Assembly (NCBI GenBank): GCA_963974445.1
Contig: CAXBDI010000005.1
Span: forward strand, 1-62,650
Length of the DNA: 62,650 nt
Direction of reading: 5' to 3'
From: an uncultured Alphaproteobacteria bacterium
GTDB lineage: Bacteria; Pseudomonadota; Alphaproteobacteria; Bin95
Part shown: one piece after another, positions 10,555 through 19,200 of the stretch
Layout of the letters: each line of letters starts with the position of its first letter
Position numbering within the stretch: position 1 is the first letter of the stretch
Notes under the pieces: generated by a model
What the model saw: only the letters and a program-made list of their open reading frames with translations
Told to the model about the DNA's origin: nothing
Databases searched by the model: none
Made by a program: the position numbers and the translations under genes

Positions 10555-11427
10555 ATGGCGAATGTCGCATTTCTGGGCCTGGGCGTGATGGGCTACCCGA
10601 TGGCCGGGCATCTGGCCGCCAAAGGTGGCCACACGGTGACGGTCTACAACCGGACTGCCGCAAAGGCCGAGGAGTGGGTCGCCAAGCACGGCGGCAAGAG
10701 CGCTGCGACGCCAGCCGAGGCGGCTAAGGGCCAGGAGATCGTCTTCGCCTGCGTCGGCGCCGATGACGACGTGCGCGCGGTCTGCACCGGGCCGGACGGC
10801 GCGTTTCAGGCGATGGACACGGGCGCGATCTTCGTCGACCACACCACCGCGTCTGCCGAAGTGGCGCGGGAGATGTATGCGGCGGCGAAAGAGGCCGGCC
10901 TGCATTTCATCGATGCCCCAGTCTCCGGCGGTCAGGCCGGCGCCGAGAATGGCGCGCTCACCGTCATGTGCGGCGGCGATCGGCAGCCTTTCGACAAAGC
11001 CAAGCCGGCGATGGATTGCTACGGCCGCGCCGTCACGCTGATGGGCGAGGCCGGCAGCGGTCAACTCACCAAGATGGTCAACCAGATCTGCATTGCCGGC
11101 TTGGTGCAGGCGCTGGGTGAGGGCCTGAACTTCGGCATGAAAGCCGGCCTCGACGTCAACCAGGTGCTCGACGTGATCTCCAAGGGTGCGGCGCAATCCT
11201 GGCAGATGGAAAACCGCGGCCGCACCATGATCAAGGGCGAGTTCGAGTTCGGTTTCGCCGTCGACTGGATGCGCAAAGACCTGAACATCTGCCTCGCCGA
11301 GGCCAACCGCAACGGTGCCCGCCTGCCGGTAACGGCCCTGGTCGATCAGTTCTACGCGACTGTGCAGGCCCGCGGCGGTAACCGCTACGACACGTCTGCG
11401 CTCATCCACCTGCTGATGAATGATTGA
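10555..11427 (+). CDS. 3-hydroxyisobutyrate/tartronate-semialdehyde dehydrogenase family NAD(P)-dependent oxidoreductase
   Basis: FLGLGVMG Rossmann motif, DAPVSGG, GQLTKMVNQ; GGGAG RBS upstream. Confidence 0.92.
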   Translation: MANVAFLGLGVMGYPMAGHLAAKGGHTVTVYNRTAAKAEEWVAKHGGKSAATPAEAAKGQEIVFACVGADDDVRAVCTGPDGAFQAMDTGAIFVDHTTASAEVAREMYAAAKEAGLHFIDAPVSGGQAGAENGALTVMCGGDRQPFDKAKPAMDCYGRAVTLMGEAGSGQLTKMVNQICIAGLVQALGEGLNFGMKAGLDVNQVLDVISKGAAQSWQMENRGRTMIKGEFEFGFAVDWMRKDLNICLAEANRNGARLPVTALVDQFYATVQARGGNRYDTSALIHLLMND

Positions 11428-11455
11428 GGATGTCCAGCGAAGCTTAGGCCCGCCC

Positions 11456-11560
11456 GTTCCCCGGACGGAGTGGAGCCAGAGGCGAAACGAATATCCGGGG
11501 TCTCCTTAAGGAGGCATCTAGCAGGGAGGCCCCGGATAGCCTTTCAGGCTTCCGGGGAAC
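11456..11560. repeat. Inverted palindromic repeat doublet (REP/REPIN-like)
   Basis: Termini GTTCCCCGGA...TCCGGGGAAC are perfect inverted repeats; inner pair TATCCGGGGTCTCC / GGAGGCCCCGGATA; intergenic before trmFO. Confidence 0.75.
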
Positions 11561-11581
11561 AGTCTTTTGAGGGCTATCCAC

Positions 11582-12973
11582 ATGACCAACCCCACCCACA
11601 TCGTCGGCGGCGGCCTCGCGGGCTCGGAAGCCGCCTGGCAACTGGCGCAGGCCGGACAGCCGGTGATCCTGCACGAGATGCGGCCCGTCCGCTCCACCGA
11701 CGCGCACCAGACCGACGCGCTGGCGGAGTTGGTGTGCTCCAACTCCTTCCGCTCCGACGATCCGAACGGCAATGCGGTCGGCCTGCTGCATGAGGAGTTG
11801 CGGCGCTGCAACTCCCTGATCATGGCAGCGGCGGACAAGCACCAGGTGCCCGCCGGCTCCGCCCTGGCGGTGGATCGGGAGGGGTTTGCCGCGGAGGTCT
11901 CGCGCACGCTGGAGGCCCACCCGCTCATCACCATCGCCCGCGAGGAAGTCACCGGCCTGCCGCCTGCCGACTGGGGACCGGCCATCGTTGCCACCGGGCC
12001 GCTGACCTCGCCGTCACTGGCGGACGCCATCCGGCAGGCGTGCGGCGAGGATTCGCTGGCCTTCTTCGACGCCATCGCACCCATCGTCCACCGTGAATCG
12101 GTGGACATGACCAAGGCGTGGTTCCAGTCCCGCTATGACAAGCCCGGCCCGGGCGGTGACGCGGCTGCGTATCTGAACTGCCCGATGGACGAGGCGCAGT
12201 ATCACGCCTTCCTCGACGCCCTCAACGCCGCCGACACCACCGAATTCCGCGAGTGGGAGAAGGGCACGCCGTATTTCGAGGGCTGCCTGCCGATCGAAGT
12301 CATGGCCGCCCGCGGCCCGGAAACCCTGCGCTTCGGTCCGTTCAAGCCGGTCGGCCTGACCAATCCGCACAATCCGACGGTCAAGGCCTACGCCATCCTG
12401 CAACTGCGCCAGGACAATGCGCTGGGCACGCTGTTCAACCTGGTCGGCTGCCAGACCAAGATGCGCTATGGCCCGCAGGCCGAGGTGTTCCGCATGGTGC
12501 CGGGTCTGGAGCAGGCCGAGTTCGCCCGCTTCGGCGGCATCCACCGCAACTCGTTCCTGAATTCTCCCGTGGTGCTGGACAGCGAGCTTCGCCTGAAAGC
12601 CGCGCCGCATCTGCGCTTTGCCGGGCAGGTGACCGGCGTCGAAGGCTATGTCGAAAGCACAGCCATCGGCCTGCTGGCGGCGCGGTTCGTGCTGGCGGAA
12701 GCCGTGGGCGAGCCGGCCTTACCGCCGCCTGCGACGACGGCGCTGGGTGCGTTGCTGGCGCATGTGACCGGCGGCGCTATCGGGGCTGCGACGCCGGGTG
12801 TGTTCCAGCCGATGAACGTCAATTTCGGGCTGTTTCCGCCGGTGAAGGCGGAGCCGGCTCCTGGCCGCCGCAAGCCCGGCAAGAAGGAGCGGCGGGCGGC
12901 CTTGGCGGGCCGTGCCCGAACGGACCTGTCCGATTGGCTGTCGCAGACGGGGCCTGCCGAAATGGTTGCCTAA
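11582..12973 (+). CDS. trmFO: Methylenetetrahydrofolate-tRNA-(uracil-54)-methyltransferase TrmFO (Gid)
   Basis: [58 protein letters not shown]. Confidence 0.96.
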   Translation: MTNPTHIVGGGLAGSEAAWQLAQAGQPVILHEMRPVRSTDAHQTDALAELVCSNSFRSDDPNGNAVGLLHEELRRCNSLIMAAADKHQVPAGSALAVDREGFAAEVSRTLEAHPLITIAREEVTGLPPADWGPAIVATGPLTSPSLADAIRQACGEDSLAFFDAIAPIVHRESVDMTKAWFQSRYDKPGPGGDAAAYLNCPMDEAQYHAFLDALNAADTTEFREWEKGTPYFEGCLPIEVMAARGPETLRFGPFKPVGLTNPHNPTVKAYAILQLRQDNALGTLFNLVGCQTKMRYGPQAEVFRMVPGLEQAEFARFGGIHRNSFLNSPVVLDSELRLKAAPHLRFAGQVTGVEGYVESTAIGLLAARFVLAEAVGEPALPPPATTALGALLAHVTGGAIGAATPGVFQPMNVNFGLFPPVKAEPAPGRRKPGKKERRAALAGRARTDLSDWLSQTGPAEMVA

Positions 12974-13033
12974 CTTCGGCGGAAATCGCAGAATATCCTT
13001 CTCACAAGAACTGATATTCAAGGAGTGGTTCCC

Positions 13034-13540
13034 ATGGGCTACAGTCTAGACCAATTCGCCGCGGACTGCCGTGCCGCCCTGAAAGCCGACCCGGGCCCGG
13101 CCGGCCGCGAGAAGGTGCGCCAGTACGTCTCCAAAGCACTGAAAGACAAGGAGCTTTGCGCCAAATACCTGAACGACGATGTCAAGGCGGAGCGCACGGT
13201 AATCTATGAGGACCCGGAGTTGGGCTTCTGCATCTGCGCCCATGTCTACAAGGACGCCAAGCAGGGCTCGCCGCACGATCACGGCCCGACCTGGGCGATC
13301 TACGGGCAGGCCGAAGGCGAAACCTCTATGACTGACTGGAAAATCGTCAGCCCGCCCGAGGGCGACAAGCCGGCCAAGGTCAAGCTCGCCCGCACCTACA
13401 GCCTGAAGCCCGGCGATGCCCACGTCTATAATGAGGGCGATGTGCACGCACCCTATCGGGACGGCCCAACCCGCCTGATCCGTATCGAGGGCGTCGACAC
13501 CATGAACGTGAAGCGCACCAAGATCGAAGTCGCTGCTTAG
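13034..13540 (+). CDS. Cupin, cysteine-dioxygenase-like metal-binding protein
   Basis: 168 aa; PHDHGPTWAIYG and GDVH three-His arrangement; AGGAG RBS. Confidence 0.7.
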   Translation: MGYSLDQFAADCRAALKADPGPAGREKVRQYVSKALKDKELCAKYLNDDVKAERTVIYEDPELGFCICAHVYKDAKQGSPHDHGPTWAIYGQAEGETSMTDWKIVSPPEGDKPAKVKLARTYSLKPGDAHVYNEGDVHAPYRDGPTRLIRIEGVDTMNVKRTKIEVAA

Positions 13541-13584
13541 TAAAAGTTACGACGCAGTAGGCGTATAGAACATCCCCCTTTCGG

Positions 13585-13680
13585 CGTCATTGCGAGCCGC
13601 CGCAGGCGGTGTGGCAATCCACCCACATCGCCACGGTGCTTTCCGCCGGTAGATTGCTTCGGTTCCGCCTCACAGTGACG
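13585..13680. repeat. CGTC-tagged inverted REP doublet (copy A)
   Basis: CGTCATTGCGAG...GGCAATCC - spacer - AGATTGCTTCGG...CACAGTGACG; its reverse complement aligns with the 22457..22548 copy over both arms. Confidence 0.85.
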
Positions 13681-13803
13681 TCAGAAGGATTGAGCCTTCT
13701 GATGCCGGTGAGCATATGTGATCGCTCGTCGGTATTTTTCGTTCCCGCGGCGCTGGCTTGGCGTATGCTCGCTGGCAAAAACATAGCCGCAGAGGAACGC
13801 CCC

Positions 13804-15153
13804 ATGGCCGAAACCGCATCCCACTCTCCCACCGCCGCCCGCCTGCCGGAGGCTGGTATCCGCGCCCTGTTCACGACGGAGGCGCGCTGGCAGGCCTGGA
13901 TGGATGTGGAGGCCGCGCTGGCCGAGGCGCAAGCCGCCATCGGCATGATTCCCGCCGATGCCGCTCCGGTGATCAGGGCAAAAGCCGACCTCAATCTGTT
14001 CGACCGCAAGCGGGTGGACGAGGGGTTCATCCGCACTGGCCACACCATCGTGCCGCTGGTGTGGGAGTTGGCGCGGCTCTGCGGCGAGCCGGCCGGCGGT
14101 TATGTGCACTGGGGCGCTACGACGGAAAATATCGTCCGCACTGGCGACACCCTGCAATTGCGCAAGGTGCACCAGATCTTCCTCGGCCTGATTGACGAGA
14201 CGCTCGACGCCATGGCGGACCTGGCCGAGCGCTCCGCCGACATGGTCATGGCCGGGCGCACCCATGGCCAGCACGCGGTGCCCATCACCTTCGGCCTGAA
14301 AGTCGCTGGCTGGATCGACGCCCTGCTGCGCACCAGGGAGCGGCTGGTCGACAGCGAAAAGCGCGTGTTCATCGGCATGCTGGGCGGCGGCGCCGGCTCG
14401 CTGGCGTCTTTCGGCAAGGATGGCCTGATCGTGCAGGCAAAGATGAGCGAAATCCTCGGCCTGACGCCGATGACCGTGCCCAGCCGGGCGTTGGTGGATT
14501 ATCAGGCTGAGTATATCGCCAACCTCGGCCTGTTCGCCGCCACCGCCGGCATGATCGGGCGCGAGTGCTATCACCTGATGCGCACGGAATACGGCGAGGC
14601 GGAGGAGCCGGTGCCGCCGGGCACCGTCGGTTCCTCGACCATGCCGCAAAAGCGCAACCCGATCCTGGCGCAGGACATCATCGCTTATGCCGCCCAGGTG
14701 CGGGCGACGGTGCCGCTGGCGCTGGAGGCGACGCAAATCGAGCACGAGGCCGACCGGACCAACTCCGTCATGATGCGCGACGCCATCAACCGCAGTTGCA
14801 CCGCAACCGGCGATATCCTGATCCGCCTGCGCGAGATCATGCGCGGCATCGACCTGAAGCCGGAGCGTATGCGCGCCAACCTCGACCTCGGCGGCGGCCT
14901 GATCATGGCGGAGGCGATGATGTTGGCGCTCGCCGAACACATCGGCCGGCAGGAAGCGCACGACGTCGTCTATGACGCTGCGCAAGCTGCGGGAACGGGG
15001 CAGGGGGCCTTCGACGCACTGTTGTCCGCCGACCCGCGGGTCACCAAGCACCTGACCGCCGACCAGATCACCGGGATGCTCGACCCTGCCGCCTACACCG
15101 GCCTATCGGGCGACCTGGCGCGGGCGGCAGCGGAGCGGGTGCGGGGCGGCTGA
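13804..15153 (+). CDS. Adenylosuccinate lyase / 3-carboxy-cis,cis-muconate cycloisomerase family lyase
   Basis: YVHWGATT, GRTHGQHAVPITFG, signature GSSTMPQKRNP; start at MAETAS behind GAGGA (the track ORF runs through the repeat). Confidence 0.85.
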   Translation: MAETASHSPTAARLPEAGIRALFTTEARWQAWMDVEAALAEAQAAIGMIPADAAPVIRAKADLNLFDRKRVDEGFIRTGHTIVPLVWELARLCGEPAGGYVHWGATTENIVRTGDTLQLRKVHQIFLGLIDETLDAMADLAERSADMVMAGRTHGQHAVPITFGLKVAGWIDALLRTRERLVDSEKRVFIGMLGGGAGSLASFGKDGLIVQAKMSEILGLTPMTVPSRALVDYQAEYIANLGLFAATAGMIGRECYHLMRTEYGEAEEPVPPGTVGSSTMPQKRNPILAQDIIAYAAQVRATVPLALEATQIEHEADRTNSVMMRDAINRSCTATGDILIRLREIMRGIDLKPERMRANLDLGGGLIMAEAMMLALAEHIGRQEAHDVVYDAAQAAGTGQGAFDALLSADPRVTKHLTADQITGMLDPAAYTGLSGDLARAAAERVRGG

Positions 15154-15155
15154 TT

Positions 15156-15296
15156 TTATTGCGCCGCGTCGTTCAGGGTGCTGTATGCCTGAGCCACACC
15201 GGCGAGGGTGGCGGTGGTGCCGCCGATGGCCCAGGCACGCAGGGATGTGGTGCCCCAGTCGATCGCGATCCAACGGGTGTATTCGCGCTTCGTCAC
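15156..15296 (-). pseudogene. dgoK: 2-dehydro-3-deoxygalactonokinase remnant with a large internal in-frame deletion (46 aa)
   Basis: Translation MTKREYTRWIAIDWGTTSLRAWAIGGTTATLAGVAQAYSTLNDAAQ*; WIAIDWGTTSLRAW is the DgoK N-terminal motif and ATLAGVAQAY resembles its C-terminal helix. Confidence 0.75.
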
Positions 15297-15303
15297 CAAC
15301 GGC

Positions 15304-16854
15304 TCACACGATCCGGCTGGTCTTGTTGCCCCAATACCGGTCCCTCAGCAGGCGTTTATACAGCTTGCCAGTCTCCAGCCGCGGCAGTTCCGCTTCGAAA
15401 TCGACCGAGCGCGGCACCTTGTAGTGGGCCAGATGCTCGCGGGCATAGGCGGTGAGGTCTTCGGCGAGCGCGTCGGACGGCTCGACCCCCGGGGCCGGCT
15501 GAACCACGGCTTTGACTTCCTCGCCGAAGTCGGGATTGGGGACGCCGAAGACCGCGACATCCGCCACCTTCGGGTGCATGACCAGCGCGTCCTCGATCTC
15601 CTGCGGGTAGATGTTGACGCCGCCGGAGATGATCATAAAGGACTCGCGGTCGGTGAGGTACAGAAAACCGTCGTCGTCCACGTAGCCGACATCGCCGAGC
15701 TTGGTCCAATTGCGGTGCACCGGGTGGCGCGCCCCCTCGGTCTTTTCCGGGTCGTTCCAGTATTGGAACGGCATTTCGTCCCGCTCGAAATAGATCGTGC
15801 CGGTCTCGCCGGGCGGCAGGTCGCAGCCGGCCTCGTCGCAGATGTGTAGGGCGCCGAGGATGGGTTTGCCGACCGTGCCTTGGTGCGCCAGCCATTCTGC
15901 CGACGTGCAGACGGTCATGCCGTTGACCTCGGTCCCACCGTAATATTCGTAGATGATCGGCCCCCACCACTCGATCATCTGGCGCTTCACTTCGATGGGG
16001 CAAGGCGCGGCGGCGTGGATCACAACCCGCTGGCTGGAGAGGTCGTGCGCCAGCCGTTCCGCCGGGTCCAGCTTCAGCATGCGGATGAACATGGTCGGCA
16101 CCCACTGGCTGTGGGTGACGCGGTGCGCCTCGATCAGCCGCAGCGACTCGGCGGCATCAAAGCGCTCCATAATGACGTTGGTGCCGCCGAGCGCATGCAC
16201 GGCAGCCGTAAACGCCAACGGGGCCGCATGGTAGAGCGGCGCGGGCGAGAGATAGATCGTCTGCGGATCGACGCCGTAAAGCTGTTGCACCAGCAGGTCG
16301 AGGTTGGAGAGTTCGGTGAAACTCTTGCCACTCAACGGCCGCTGGATGCCCTTCGGCCGGCCGGTGGTGCCGGAGGAATAGTTCATGAAATCGCCGAGCG
16401 GCTCTTGCGGCAGCGGCGTAACCGGCTGGCCGGCGATAGTGTCCTCGTAATGGCGGAAGCCGGCGACCGGCCCATCGACCGCGAGGCGCAACGGACAACC
16501 GTCCAGATGCCGGATCATGCCACTGGCAACAGGCGCCAGCGCGGCGGACGTCACCAGCGCCTTCGCGTCCGAGTCATTGACAATGTAGGCGGCTTCCTCC
16601 GCCGTCAGGTATTTGTTGACGGCGCAGAGATACATGCCAGAGCGCAGCGCGGCCCAATAGACCTCGTGGTAGCGGATATTGTTCTCCATGAACAGCGCGA
16701 CCACATCGCCGGGCCTCAATCCCTCTGCAGCGAACAGGTGGGCGAGTTGGACGCTGCGCTCGTTTAGCTCGCCATAGGTCAGGCTCTGGCCGGAGCCGGC
16801 CATGATCGTCGCGGTCTTCTCAGGGTTGGCGGCGGCGTATTCGGCGAGCGGCAT
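15304..16854 (-). CDS. Acyl-CoA synthetase (AMP-forming)
   Basis: YSSGTTGRPKG, YYGGTE, GDVGYVD, IISGGVNIYPQE, LPRLETGKL. Confidence 0.93.
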   Translation of the reverse strand: MPLAEYAAANPEKTATIMAGSGQSLTYGELNERSVQLAHLFAAEGLRPGDVVALFMENNIRYHEVYWAALRSGMYLCAVNKYLTAEEAAYIVNDSDAKALVTSAALAPVASGMIRHLDGCPLRLAVDGPVAGFRHYEDTIAGQPVTPLPQEPLGDFMNYSSGTTGRPKGIQRPLSGKSFTELSNLDLLVQQLYGVDPQTIYLSPAPLYHAAPLAFTAAVHALGGTNVIMERFDAAESLRLIEAHRVTHSQWVPTMFIRMLKLDPAERLAHDLSSQRVVIHAAAPCPIEVKRQMIEWWGPIIYEYYGGTEVNGMTVCTSAEWLAHQGTVGKPILGALHICDEAGCDLPPGETGTIYFERDEMPFQYWNDPEKTEGARHPVHRNWTKLGDVGYVDDDGFLYLTDRESFMIISGGVNIYPQEIEDALVMHPKVADVAVFGVPNPDFGEEVKAVVQPAPGVEPSDALAEDLTAYAREHLAHYKVPRSVDFEAELPRLETGKLYKRLLRDRYWGNKTSRIV

Positions 16855-16889
16855 GGACAGGGCCTCCCAGTATATGTCATGGGCCGTTG

Positions 16890-16919
16890 GCGGGGTTGAA
16901 AAGCCTATCTCAACCCCGC
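16890..16919. terminator. Hairpin between the ThDP enzyme and the acyl-CoA ligase (terminator or RNA stability element)
   Basis: GCGGGGTTGA-10 nt loop-TCAACCCCGC perfect 10-bp stem; no clear U-tract. Confidence 0.35.
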
Positions 16920-16971
16920 GGGACCGGAAAGCACCGAAGTGCTCCAGGCCGCAGGCCGCATGGAAATGGCC

Positions 16972-18672
16972 TTAAGCCACCCACTCCGACACAGGGGCGG
17001 CGGCCTCGTGCAGGGGTTGCGAGATTACATCGACCAGGGTCGGCCCGTCGTGCTCTAGTGCCTGTTTCAGTGCGCTTTTCAAGTCGGCGGGGTCGGTGAC
17101 GGTCCAGCTTTTGACGCCGAACGCTTCGGCGACGCGGGCGTGGTCGGTGCGGTCGAAATCGACATTGTAGTAACGCTGGCCGAAGCCCGAATGTTGCCCC
17201 GCCTTGATCCAGCCGAAGGTGCTGTTCGAGAACACGACCGACGTGATCGGCATCTTGTGCCGGACGATGGTCTCGAACTCGCCGCAGCAAAAGCCGAACG
17301 AGCCGTCGCCCATCATCGCCACAGTCTTGACGCTGGGATCGCCCACATGCGCACCCATCGAGGCGGCCAATGCATAGCCGAGCGCCCCATGCGCGCGGTT
17401 GCTGATAAAGCGCCGCCCGGCCTCGCGCCAGCGATAATGGGCTGAGACATACGGGCAGGGCGTGCCGGGATCGGCGACAATAATGGCGTCGTCGTCGAGC
17501 AGGCCGTGTAGCGCGCTCATCACAACCTCCGGACGGATCGGCGTCTCCCGGCTCGCAGCCAGCGGCTCGAATGCGGCGAGCTTGCCGGCCCAGGCCTTGG
17601 CGGCGCGGGAGGCGCCGTTCTGCGGGCGCAGGTCGGCTTGCGCCTCCAGTGCGGTGGCCAGCGCTTCCAACGCCAGGCGGGCGTCGGCGTTGATGGCGAC
17701 GGCGGTCTGGTAGTTCGCGCCGATCACCATCGGGTCGCTGTCGATATGGACGATGGTCTTGCCGGCCGGCGGCGAGCGCCAGCGCTCTGTCGTGACGGAG
17801 CCGGCGCGGCAGCCGATGAACAGCACCACGTCCGCCTCGTCGACCACAGCGCGGGTCGAGGGCACCCCGCCATTCGAGCCGACGACGCCAACCGCCAGCG
17901 GGTCGGTCTCGGCAATTGCGCCCTGGCCGGAGACAGTGGTGGCGACCGGCATCTCCAGCAGCCGCGCGACGCGAGCGAGCGCCTCGAACGCGCTGGCGAT
18001 CACCGGTCCACCGCCGCAGACCGCAACGGCGCGGGAGGCCTTGGCGAGAATACCCGCGGCCTCTTCAATCGCGGCGGGATCGGGTGCTGTGGGCTCTGCC
18101 GGGTAGGTGCGGTGGCGCGGGTCAGCCCAGATTTCCGCCTCATCGACGGCATTCTTCTGCGTGTCGAAGGGCAGGGCCAGATGCGCAGCACCAGGCCGAC
18201 CTGTGGTCATGGCGCGAAAGGCGGCACGGACCATCGCCGGCAGTCGGGCGGCGTCGTCGAGGCTGGTATTCCATTTGCTGACCGGGCGATACAGCGCCAC
18301 CTGGTCCAACTCCGTCAGCGGATAGCGTCCGCGCGACGCGGTAGAGACGTCCGTTGTGATCGCCAGGATCGGCACAGAGCTCTCATTCGCCTCGACCACA
18401 CCCGGCAGGATGTAGGTAGCGCCGCCGCCGGAAGGCCCCTCGCACACGCCGGGCTTGCCGGTGATGCGCGCGTACCCGTCCGCCATATAGGCCGCGTGAC
18501 GCTCGTCCCGCGTCAGGATGTGGCTGATGCCGTGATCGAGGCGGGCCAGCGCGTCATAGAAGGGCAGGGTGGTGTCGCCGCAAAGCCCGAACATGTGCTG
18601 CACGCCATGGACTTGCAGCATGCGCACCATGGCCTCCGCGCCGGTGAGGTGGTTGGGGGTGGGGGAGGTCAT
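16972..18672 (-). CDS. Thiamine diphosphate-dependent enzyme (acetolactate synthase large subunit-like)
   Basis: TGAEAMV, RDERHAAYMADGYAR, ThDP motif GDGSFGF...FSN. Confidence 0.9.
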   Translation of the reverse strand: MTSPTPNHLTGAEAMVRMLQVHGVQHMFGLCGDTTLPFYDALARLDHGISHILTRDERHAAYMADGYARITGKPGVCEGPSGGGATYILPGVVEANESSVPILAITTDVSTASRGRYPLTELDQVALYRPVSKWNTSLDDAARLPAMVRAAFRAMTTGRPGAAHLALPFDTQKNAVDEAEIWADPRHRTYPAEPTAPDPAAIEEAAGILAKASRAVAVCGGGPVIASAFEALARVARLLEMPVATTVSGQGAIAETDPLAVGVVGSNGGVPSTRAVVDEADVVLFIGCRAGSVTTERWRSPPAGKTIVHIDSDPMVIGANYQTAVAINADARLALEALATALEAQADLRPQNGASRAAKAWAGKLAAFEPLAASRETPIRPEVVMSALHGLLDDDAIIVADPGTPCPYVSAHYRWREAGRRFISNRAHGALGYALAASMGAHVGDPSVKTVAMMGDGSFGFCCGEFETIVRHKMPITSVVFSNSTFGWIKAGQHSGFGQRYYNVDFDRTDHARVAEAFGVKSWTVTDPADLKSALKQALEHDGPTLVDVISQPLHEAAAPVSEWVA

Positions 18673-18731
18673 GGCGTTTATTCCATAAAGACTAGTTCAG
18701 TTGGTGATCAGAGAGACCGCGATCCCCCACC

Positions 18732-18770
18732 TCTTCACCCTGAGCCGCCGCGCAGCGGCGAGTCGAAGGG
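18732..18770 (+). repeat. 39-bp palindromic repeat, left arm flanking the GIY-YIG gene
   Basis: TCTTCACCCTGAGCCGCCGCGCAGCGGCGAGTCGAAGGG; inverted partner at 19119..19157. Confidence 0.85.
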
Positions 18771-18798
18771 CTGGTAGAGTGAAGACAGGTGCAATTCT

Positions 18799-19108
18799 TC
18801 ACTCGCCAAGATTTTTTCGCCTCGCTCTGCCGTTGCGCGCGAGCCGATGAATAGCATCCCAGTCGCTGTCGATAAGTGCCTGCTTCTTCGCCCGACTCCA
18901 GCCATTGATTTGCCGTTCGGCTGCAAAGGCGTCTGTGTAGCTGGCGAAGACCTCTGCCCTTGCCGTTCTACCGGCCGACGTCTCGCCGTACAAGCGCCGC
19001 CATGTCCGGTATTGTGCTGGTCCAACCGGTGCGCAATGTTCGTATGTCGCGGCATCCGACATGGAAGCTACCGTCGGCGCAGCGCAGTATATAGACGGTA
19101 GCGTTCAT
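18799..19108 (-). pseudogene. GIY-YIG (UPF0213/YhbQ-like) nuclease, two frameshifts
   Basis: Three successive frames give MNATVYILRCADGSFHVG / RHTNIAHRLDQHNTGHGGACTARRRPVE / AEVFASYTDAFAAERQINGWSRAKKQALIDSDWDAIHRLAR, which together form one standard small GIY-YIG protein. Confidence 0.85.
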
Positions 19109-19118
19109 TGTGAGCAGA

Positions 19119-19157
19119 CCCTTCGACTCGGCCCTTCAGGCCGGCTCAGGGTGAAGA
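19119..19157 (-). repeat. 39-bp palindromic repeat, right arm flanking the GIY-YIG gene
   Basis: Reverse complement TCTTCACCCTGAGCCGGCCTGAAGGGCCGAGTCGAAGGG; ends identical to the left arm, inner hairpin different but still paired. Confidence 0.85.
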
Positions 19158-19200
19158 AAGAGGAGAGCGCTTTGATTTAGCGCGCTCCCGACTTCCTATC

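Noticed and set aside
13804-15153. Calling the ASL-family gene purB or pcaB
   Set aside because: The superfamily signature is clear, but there is no purine or pca context and the sequence does not let me choose.
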